A stretch of 64,000 nucleotides of DNA from NCBI GenBank assembly GCA_024704765.1, contig JAKMXF010000300.1, positions 372,001 to 436,000 of the forward strand. Direction: 5' to 3'. Positions 56,401-64,000 of this stretch are shown here, piece by piece. The translations under genes were made by a program, and so were the position numbers. The first letter of the stretch is position 1; each line of letters opens with the position of its first letter. The stretch comes from Oopsacas minuta. Lineage: Eukaryota; Animalia; Porifera. The notes beneath the pieces were generated by a model that saw only the letters and a program-made list of their open reading frames with translations, had not been told where the DNA came from and did no database searches.

Positions 56401-58872
56401 CTCGGTAGAAGCTGCTAGATCTCTGACCCAGCTACCTACCCAGAAACTAACTATACTACTATCTTCCTCCCTCTCTTTAAGATATAACAGCAATAGGAAT
56501 GAAACTAGTGCTTTAATCTCGTACTCTGTATCAGTTTCTATCTCCATACATTCCTTCATTTGTAGGGAGGATAAGACCTTACTCTTAACCTCTAGAGGAA
56601 CAGATTTCAATAGTTTGCCTATAACAGATATATCCTCATCAGCTGGGGAGTATGAAGGAGAGGAAGAGGTATGATTCTCTGACATTTGAGAACGACATTG
56701 AGATATGATATTACCCACGTGTTCAAGTGCTGCTAATCGCATAGATAGTTCTGCTTGTTTGTTTGTAAACGTCATAAGAAATAATCTACACATAATGCTC
56801 AATAATGTACTTGATACAGGCCAGTGTGGTAGTAGTAGAGTAGTTATTAGATCTTGTACAAAGTTCTCAAATATTGGGCGGAAATCTACCTCTGATTTAG
56901 AAGGGGCGGTAGCATAACATTTCTTGAAGAGAGTTGTTAAGAAACTCTGTCCCGTTTTAACTATCTCATCTATGCTACCTATTAGATGAGCATCTAAACT
57001 CAGACCACTGATTAACTCGTCTGTTTCTAAGTGTGATCTTTCGCGAGGTACAGTAGCAATACTCTGCAGAAGTTGCATGACAAGAGCTGTTACCATCTGA
57101 ATACTCCCACCCTGAGGATCTTCACCACCATCTGTCTGTGGTTCTAAGTAGTACGTACGGAGAGCTCGCTTATTGCTAGGTAGCTTAGCCAAAGATTGAA
57201 ATATCTCATCTAATAGTAGATGTCTATGTTTTGGATACTTAGAGAATATATTTCTAGCAAGTTTAAGAGCAGATAGTTGAAGAGTAGAATTGTTCTCTAC
57301 AAAGAAAGGTTTAAGAGCTAGTGCAGAGAGTTGTAGCACAAGAGTATCAGTCAGTACACAGCTCTTAACTAGTATGGATAATGATTCTAACAGCTCAGCT
57401 AGTTTGAAGTAGAGTAGAGTTAGATCCCATCGATTGAGTGAGAATCCTTTCTTAGCTCTTCCTCCTTTCTGTTTGCTAATTCTCCCTCCTACATGTATAA
57501 TAAACTCTGATGGCATTTCCTCTTCCTGTTCTAGAGGGGCGTATCTATAAGAGGGATCCATCTCTGAGTATATATTGGTTATAAGATGGAATCTAGCATG
57601 CTCTAATACAGATTCTAATATCTCTTCTACTACCATACCAGGACCTAGTCCTGAACCTCCAGATACTGCTAGGATTGTCTGAGCTGCTTCTGTTGCTCTG
57701 CCGATCCTCTCGATAGATAGAGCTCTCCATTTCTTTCCCTCAGCTGGAGATCCAGAAGTCTTGGGAACAGCTGACAAGTCTATCTCCTGTGCGTCGTATA
57801 TATGTCTCTGCATACAGGAGAGGACAGATAACAGGGTCTCACTGGGAAGACGGGACATGAGACCAACTCTCCCCAGCTTCCAGGACTCAGTACTCAGCTG
57901 TTCCAACTGGAAACTAGGAAATAGACACTCCCCCTTAAGTTCATCTGCAGTCAGATGTTGCTTAAGACTATGATATTTAGATTCCAATTCGAGTAATCTG
58001 TCAATTAATACTTTGAAGTTTGATAGAGCTTGCTCATTGACAAGCTCTTCACTCTCTCTAGCATCCTTACTCTTGAATTCAGGCTGATCCTCTTGATGAG
58101 ACTTAGACTTAATCTTCCTCTTAACGGGTCTAGAGGTCTTGTTCTCAGGTTCTATTGGGGGAGATGGGATCTTGAGGGTTTGCTCTAACTCATTCCGTGT
58201 TACCTTAAGACGACCTAATGATATGTTAATGTTAAGGATGTCAGGTTTAAGAGGAGTGCTCTGTGAAGAACTATTATCTTTATCAGGAGCTATATTCTCT
58301 ATATTGGAGGGAGACACTGATTCAAGAGCTGACTGCTTATCTTGTTTGTCATTGTAAGAGTGTATTCGTTTCCTACCAATCTTCTTGTGTGGCTTATCCT
58401 TATCAGGGGGAATATTCGTGGGAGGGGGGATGGTGTGTATGGGAGATGTCTTGTTAGTGAGAGAAGTGGGAGACTTCATCAGTCGCTTAGCAGACCTAGA
58501 TGTTTCAACCTGACACTCAACCTCTCTGTGTTTATAAGACTCGATAGGAGGATTAAGATGAGGTGACAGACATTTAGTATTAAGAATAGCGCGGATTAAA
58601 GCAGGAGTTGTTGGGGCAGGTTCCATAGGCGTGGTGGGTATACCTAATCCAGGCTTTGGACATACCCAAGATGTATCTGTGTTACTGAGTGCTTGTGCTA
58701 TTGTGTCACAGAGTTGAGGGGAGGGGTGTTCGTAAAGGAGATTAGATCGAGGATTATTCATACCGTATGGAACAGATTTAGGTTGTACCATAGGCAGACC
58801 AGTGAGGACGTTAGTTAGGGGTGAGATAGCACCCATAGAAGGAAGGAAGTGACAGTGAGTATTCGAGGTCAT
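53419..58872 (-). CDS. NIPBL: Nipped-B-like cohesin loader (Scc2); single exon, 1817 aa
   Basis: Conserved N-terminus (MGAISPLTNVLTGLP); HEAT-repeat region KHRHLLLDEI, IQMVTALVMQLLQS, RTRAMKSL, VRETTVELVG, AVRKRVIRIL, VLRQGLI, YVADNLACF. Confidence 0.93.
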   Translation of the reverse strand: MTSNTHCHFLPSMGAISPLTNVLTGLPMVQPKSVPYGMNNPRSNLLYEHPSPQLCDTIAQALSNTDTSWVCPKPGLGIPTTPMEPAPTTPALIRAILNTKCLSPHLNPPIESYKHREVECQVETSRSAKRLMKSPTSLTNKTSPIHTIPPPTNIPPDKDKPHKKIGRKRIHSYNDKQDKQSALESVSPSNIENIAPDKDNSSSQSTPLKPDILNINISLGRLKVTRNELEQTLKIPSPPIEPENKTSRPVKRKIKSKSHQEDQPEFKSKDARESEELVNEQALSNFKVLIDRLLELESKYHSLKQHLTADELKGECLFPSFQLEQLSTESWKLGRVGLMSRLPSETLLSVLSCMQRHIYDAQEIDLSAVPKTSGSPAEGKKWRALSIERIGRATEAAQTILAVSGGSGLGPGMVVEEILESVLEHARFHLITNIYSEMDPSYRYAPLEQEEEMPSEFIIHVGGRISKQKGGRAKKGFSLNRWDLTLLYFKLAELLESLSILVKSCVLTDTLVLQLSALALKPFFVENNSTLQLSALKLARNIFSKYPKHRHLLLDEIFQSLAKLPSNKRALRTYYLEPQTDGGEDPQGGSIQMVTALVMQLLQSIATVPRERSHLETDELISGLSLDAHLIGSIDEIVKTGQSFLTTLFKKCYATAPSKSEVDFRPIFENFVQDLITTLLLPHWPVSSTLLSIMCRLFLMTFTNKQAELSMRLAALEHVGNIISQCRSQMSENHTSSSPSYSPADEDISVIGKLLKSVPLEVKSKVLSSLQMKECMEIETDTEYEIKALVSFLLLLYLKEREEDSSIVSFWVGSWVRDLAASTEKEKTADLDDCQLVSPGISSAREQAFREFYLRLLTDTDPFKSASKICYKVTSQTATSLVRFLTANLSLLQNFSFYLNHLIRMVNETNVQLRTRAMKSLTSVLSVDPTLIGSSDLKTWVRTRMCDMSSMVRETTVELVGRSLQQRPELATEFYDILSERMLDTSIAVRKRVIRILRDSIHKMPPAVHTDLCVKLVMRVQEEKSVQQLIVGMFQDLWFSPLSSCNKEEEKKRAQSIYNVVFALDEPPGFTMVQELLTLLLKPDGIVDQQKRNLCRKITDSLVESILQLDEQGASLAKMIPMNATLHVLSLIDGSLLVSHLTALQPYLASHCTTQGELIGLTHLLRAFSNSIPLLVSHKPGPQFLASTEENLMKLSMASGSMIVEASLSCLAALVNSVTHNFKLVQECFCKFSECLERSHSMLLSNSSQLAQLKPIILRSLFTVGLLCRYFEIDTIIAKQKDGILPTRRVFSKLIYFAKQDIFPECQEKSLVGLGFFFLAHPSLMLEDEAIELYSECLSDVCVSKKCQVLTNLTNHLQEDEERLKRADKEWKKDGNDEGTLQDIGDKQSTLSSTMIQRFLPYVMNAFFTAEVRVRSHITGLLSMVLRQGLIYPAPCIPCLIAMVTDCNQAIREKAELMLEEMNHSNKLMHTQVVLGIRRSFDFLEILSSGVGLIRGREGMESKLFPVYNMVHNNRQQRRAFLLTMVRLFDDVDKQGIPFLLYVADNLACFNYSLLGEVLFVIHHISVHLSMAGPTLIDSFQESMGLKALSSQQGQQALDESAMLDTESLLRSEFCDDSRLATSVYHSYAIMLLLHLSSFLKSIYCLTDVRCHEYIPTAPSKVYDKLISRKLTPNLQFEPVEVVEALELSQDAKLVLRSRNELLQRFQEFYKLYKAIEVDGGESLPETYQTTYQSYTELFGETSELSEPGHNKQIPKDNQMKAPKKKSSKTNKNNTGGKHISTPNPKEKRKSIRSKRKFNYFESSEDSNCGSSTNEDM

Positions 58873-59087
58873 CTAGGTCTGTGTCAATGCATTCACTTGT
58901 TGTTAAGAATCAAAACAAGGAAATTACAGTAAATAATAGATAAATGCAAATGAAGGAATATTAGTAGATTAATGTATAAACAAATAAAAACACACTAAAA
59001 AGTTTAACACAACAACATAACTATAAAGGATGAGTAGTGCAGGCGTGTACGTACAGTAAATATATATGAACAAATGCTATTTACAAG

Positions 59088-61404
59088 TTATTTTCTGAGT
59101 TTAAGGCCAATCATTGCAAAAATTATGAAAAATGTAATCCAACCCAAGATAACAGCAAACCCCTCCCAGACCTGCTGATGCTCCAAGCCCCATCCCCTGG
59201 TGATTATAGATCTGAGAGCGTTAGCGGTTAGAGTAGTAGGAAAGGAGTATGAGATACTTCTCAACCAGAAAGGAACAGCTTCTAGTGGCCAGATTATCCC
59301 GCTAAGTAAAATGATTGGGTACAGGATTCCAGTAGCTATTTGTAGACCAGATACTTCCTCCGATACGAAAGCAGATATCAACAGACCGAATGACATCCCG
59401 CTAAATCCTTCAAGGAATATGAGTAACCATATTAGGAATAGACTGCCATGGTAAGGAATTTGGAATACAAACAGAGCAAATGATATCATTAATGTTATCT
59501 GTATTAGCAGTACTACACTGTTGAGTAACAGCTGAGCAGTCACCATCTCTATCACACCAACTCCTACTACCCAACCTCTGTCTAGTAGTCCTTCCTTCCT
59601 CTCTACGATGAGAGAAATGGCAGTTAGACCCACACTAATACCAAAGCTGATTGTAATCAACATTCCGGGGGCTACGAACTCTGTGAAGGTAGGGTCTCTA
59701 TCTCCATATACGGGATCAGTGAAGTTAATGGGTGATTCAACTATTAACGGATTCCCACCAGCTATTTCAACCATCTTCTCTAAGAACAGCTGATATGTCT
59801 TAATAAGCGTTGCTTGTATAGTAGCAGCTATTTGGAAATTAGACATGTCTAGCCCTATATTAATGTATCCGCCCTCTAGAGTAGCATTAGTTATGTTCTC
59901 AGCCTCTAAGTAACGGGAAATTGTGTCTCTTGTGAAATTACTACGCATATGAACAACTGCCCACGCTTTACCTATCTCTACCTCGTGGTATGCATCTGAG
60001 AAGTTTGTTTTGTGAATTTGTACAAACGTTTCATTATCAAGCTGATCAATGAATAATTGTGAAAGAGAAATAGGAAAGCCACTGGTATTGTCTTCATTAC
60101 AAATTGAAATAGGAAGTCCATAAGGAGCTTTGCCAATAGCAAAACAGAACAAGATTATCTATAGAAGGAAAACATATAAATAGAGCTGAAAGAAATGGAA
60201 AAAGATTATAGGAATTACCTGAATAGAAGGTAGAAGAAATTGGAATATAAGGAGACCAAAGTTTCGCATAAATTTAAGGAAATTCTTGACAAAAAGCGCG
60301 AGAATATTCCAGGGACTAGGGAGCCCTGGAGTGAACATTCTCCAAAGTAACAGTCCAAGCCCCACTCCAGCATAAGTCTGAGACCGTGTGGACTTCCAAT
60401 GGATTTCACTATTAAGTAGAGGGGTGTGTTCATTAAGGTTATTATTACTATTGTTTGTACAGCCGTTCAGTAGAGCTACATGCTTAGTAGCTTCATCAGT
60501 ATCTTCTCCATTAGCATAGACATTAATAGCTGTGTTGTCATCGACATCTGCGCTCTGCTCAGCACTCTGTTCTTGATGATGACATAACTTCAAGAAGACT
60601 TCTTCAAGAGTTGTGCAGTGATAGAAATCGCACAAATATTGTGGTTCTCGTTCTGCTAGCAGGCGACCACTTCTCATCAAACCTTATAAATACGTGATAT
60701 AATATAGCGTGCTATTCAGATTGCTTACCAAACTAATTAGTAATGAACTCACCAACAATATGAGCTTGTCTAGCTTCCTCGATGTAATGAGTTGTTATCA
60801 CAATAGAAGTCCCTTTCTCACTCAGCTGTACTAGATACTTCCATATCTCAGATCGGAGTAGAGGATCTACCCCTACAGTTGGTTCATCTAGAATGAGCAG
60901 AGGGGGTTCATGTAGGAGAGCTACACAGAATGAGACACGTCTCTGCTGACCCCCGGACAGTTTCTTGATGAGTTTCTGCTCTAATGGCAGCTTCAAAAGT
61001 GTTAAGAGAAATCTAGCACGTGTGGTAACTTCAGATTGTGAAATTCCGCAGAGCATACCAAAGTACCGTAGCGTCTCCGTGGGCGTGAAGTTCCCATAAA
61101 GAGCCAGCTCCTGCGGCATATACCCAACCATTCTGCCAGGGACTTGATGACCAGGTGATAGAGGAGGCTTGCCTAGGACTTTGATACTTCCTGATTTAGT
61201 GTTTAGTCTGCCAAGACAACATCGAAGTAGAGTTGTCTTTCCGCAACCACTAGCTCCTAACAGGCCATAAATCTTACCCCTAGGGAGAGACATATTGATC
61301 CTGTTTAGCACTCGTGTGCCTGGCATAAAACAACTCGATAAACCTCCTCCATATTGAAAAGAAACGTATCTCACTTCAATAGCCAATTCACGGTTCTCTT
61401 CCAT
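59088..61404 (-). CDS. ABC half-transporter, NBD then ABC-2 TMD, ABCH-like; exons 61404-60753, 60682-60219, 60158-59088; 728 aa
   Basis: Walker A GASGCGKTT, LSGGQ, Walker B LLILDEPT, H-loop TTHY. ILFCFAIG after TM1, a large exoplasmic loop and FTEFVAPG are typical of ABCH. Introns of 70 and 60 nt. Confidence 0.88.
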
Positions 61405-62102
61405 AAATAAATAAATAATTAACAAACTTGTGTACAATTTATAGACACATAATAGGGTTGCCTAATTTATAGTATAAATATATTATTGTTACAGCTCTAA
61501 TAGTGACCTAATGATCTGTGTTATGAAATCACTCCGGCCATACGTTGCATATGATGCGGTGTATGAAGCTCAATGCACGCGCATTTAGCTCTGCAATCTA
61601 TACAAGTTCATATAAATTGATTCAAAACAAAAGTACATGTGCACGTGTATTTCTAGGTAACGTGATAGACAGGGTGAATGGTCATGTGTGTATGAAGGGG
61701 AGGGTGTATGATTCTACAACAAGGTAATGTATTTGTCTATGTAATTACATGAATACTGAGTGTAACTACTTGTAAATATGAGGAAATAACGTATGATGAT
61801 TGTAGTGGTATAGTTCAACGCTATCAGCATTTGAATTATACAGATTCAGTTAATCTAGGAGATTAATACTGATAGAAAGTACCATCTGTTAAACTGAGGT
61901 TAATACTAAGATAACTACCGATACCATACCATACAAATCTAAATTGGAAATAGAACAATCAAAATAGTATGTATGTACAACACAAAGTGCTTGAGCAATC
62001 TCTCTAGCAATAGTTATTATACCTTATTGAAATGTTAGGGTAGTAATTAGTTGTATACAATGTAAATAGAGTTAGTAGAGCTATACAAGGTAGACAATAA
62101 GA

Positions 62103-63741
62103 TTAATCGTCAGTTTCATAACCGAAATCTCTGCAGTTTCCAAGGATCAAAGGTGCGAAAAGTGTCCACAAGTAGAGGGCGTGACAGAGGTATGAGCTGA
62201 TCACTTTGACACCTACAGATGCCCAGGTATTCTGGAACCCATCAGTGTTAGCCATATCCGGTTGTACCCAGTTAGTCAGCTGCATCATAATGTATAGAGC
62301 AGCTAGTACAGACATGAAATGATAGAAAGAGTATGAATAAACTACTCTCTCTTTTTCATCATCAACTGCATTAGTAGCACATTTGCTGTCAGAATCTTCT
62401 TTCTCATGTTCATCATCCTCAGTAGGAATACAACCAAACAACTCATTAAGCTTGCTCTCTGTCTCTGGGCTAGCGCCACATACCTTCCGGAATTGAGTTA
62501 TATTAGAGGTACGGAATGAACTGAACACGACTGTACCAAAGAGGAACAATATACCTATACATATATGTATGGAGTTAATATATTATTACTGAAATTATTA
62601 AAAGTTTATTTGTAACTAACCAACAGCTGATGATAGACGAGAATTAGCCACAAAATCTAATCTAGGAGTAGTAGTAGTAAGATTACAGGTTAGTGGATCA
62701 TAAGGCTCGTTAGATACAGCACTCCAGATTAGATAGGTAGTGTAGGCACACACCACAGATGATTGAAGTAAACCTAGAGAGAGTAAATATAATAGATTAA
62801 TCAGTAACTCATATTATTATAGTATAAGCTCTTGTACCTGAGGATGGTAGCTTGCTCTGTATCCAGGGTAGAACTGATATAACTCCTCCAATTACACAAA
62901 GGATAAGGTTAAATGAAATAAAGAATTTGTTGAGGTGACAGCCTTCTGGTTCTGTGAAGAAAATATACATCGATACATAACCTGCTATAGAGCAGATGTA
63001 TAAAAACAAGGAGCAAACCAGGAGACCACCGTATGCTACCCAGGGGGTCCATGCTATGTCCTCATCTATCCAGCTGAGCCATTTCTCAGCCCAGGAGTGA
63101 GCGAAATCAACCAAGAACAACACCTAAGAGAATATTATACAAACAATATTCAATATTATTTGATAATAGCACAAACCTGCAGAAATATGAACAGTCCAGC
63201 TCCAAACATTCCAATGACAAGACAAATATATGAAAACACAAAATAGTTAGTTATGGGAATGAAGAAGAATGCGATAATTAAACCAATGAATATTATCCAT
63301 TTGAATAGCCAGAATCCGTTCTGTACATAAGATCTGGGATCTCTACTGGAGCACACACAGAACATAACTAGCATTAATACAAAGAAGAATACTGCCATAG
63401 CTAGACAGATTCTGTAAACAGCTGATACTCCTATAAATAGATGTATATAAGACATATTGTAAGTGTATTAACAGTAATAACTCACCAAGGAAGGAAGCAC
63501 AGTTTATATCAGGATTTATGTCGAAAACAACCACTCGGAAATTGTTACAGATAAATGAACCTTCCAGCAAACCAGTCACTCCGCGACTCGCGAAAATAAC
63601 TGAGATAATAGCTCCGAATAGGAGCATTACACCATAGGAGATTCTTGTACTGATTGAGGCTCGGAGACCTGGTAAGCCTGAAAAGCAACCACAGGGTCCC
63701 CCACAGCAGAGACAGGAGAGAGGTCCGAGCAAGCAAGCCAT
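62103..63741 (-). CDS. SERINC: Serine incorporator (SERINC); exons 63741-63486, 63430-63177, 63123-62838, 62773-62621, 62554-62103; 466 aa
   Basis: Cys-rich N-terminus, AVYRIC, QNGFWLFK, LVDFAHSWAE, GLLQSS..YLIWSAVSNEP, YSYSFYHF..YIMMQLTNW, LWTLFAP; four GT-AG introns of 53-66 nt. Confidence 0.93.
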
Positions 63742-64000
63742 TTCTTATAGCTAGTGTAAATTATAAGCACTTAGGCATATGGTATATAAATATATAGAAT
63801 TATACGACTTATCAGGAAAATAGGTTACATTGCTTAGCTAGCAGAAACTAATAGATTAAATAGAAATTCTAAGAAGGCAAATAAAAATATAAATAATTAA
63901 CGAATCAAATAAAAAGTTAATTTACAAAGAATATAATTATATAAAGAGTTACATACCGATATAGAGTTCAATTCCAAATCTTGAGCTGCATATCATAGGA

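Noticed and set aside
1-64000. Prokaryotic systems, CRISPR arrays, tRNA/rRNA genes, intact transposases, non-canonical or U12-type introns, stop-codon recoding
   Set aside because: None seen. All 49 reconstructed introns are GT-AG and every gene model closes without an internal stop under the standard code.

Overview
Eukaryotic, animal-type, AT-rich and very compact DNA with 22 complete protein-coding genes plus the probable 3' end of a 23rd. No prokaryotic features, tRNA, rRNA or CRISPR were seen. I rebuilt exon structures by hand from GT..AG sites; every multi-exon model is stop-free and a multiple of 3. Of 49 introns, 39 are 47-70 nt, while MYO3, PARD3 and NIPBL are intronless. This style suggests a glass sponge (Hexactinellida), which is inference only. 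Gene order: ADF-H/Rab fusion (+); SRRM1, a duplicated stand-alone PWI, and CLC-3/4/5 with C1QBP nested in intron 1 (all -); PH-Ubl-SH3-RUN, myosin III, EFHD, ARHGAP18-like, EF-hand protein, mS23 and an orphan coiled-coil protein (all +); then Maf-like bZIP, WASHC2, FAM91A1, a BMP-type ligand (mature exon missed by the ORF track), PARD3, UPF3, archease, NIPBL, ABCH-like transporter and SERINC (all -). Main leads: (1) long one-strand gene runs with tiny spacers and an AG within 2 nt of the ATG in 13 of 22 genes, pointing to polycistronic, trans-spliced units; (2) an in-frame coactosin-like ADF-H + Rab GTPase chimera; (3) a same-strand nested gene; (4) an intronic SNORD10/mgU6-77 homologue followed by a candidate H/ACA RNA, and a second oversized intron with an Sm-site small-RNA architecture; (5) a Par3 lacking PDZ1 whose aPKC phospho-serine is replaced by Asp.
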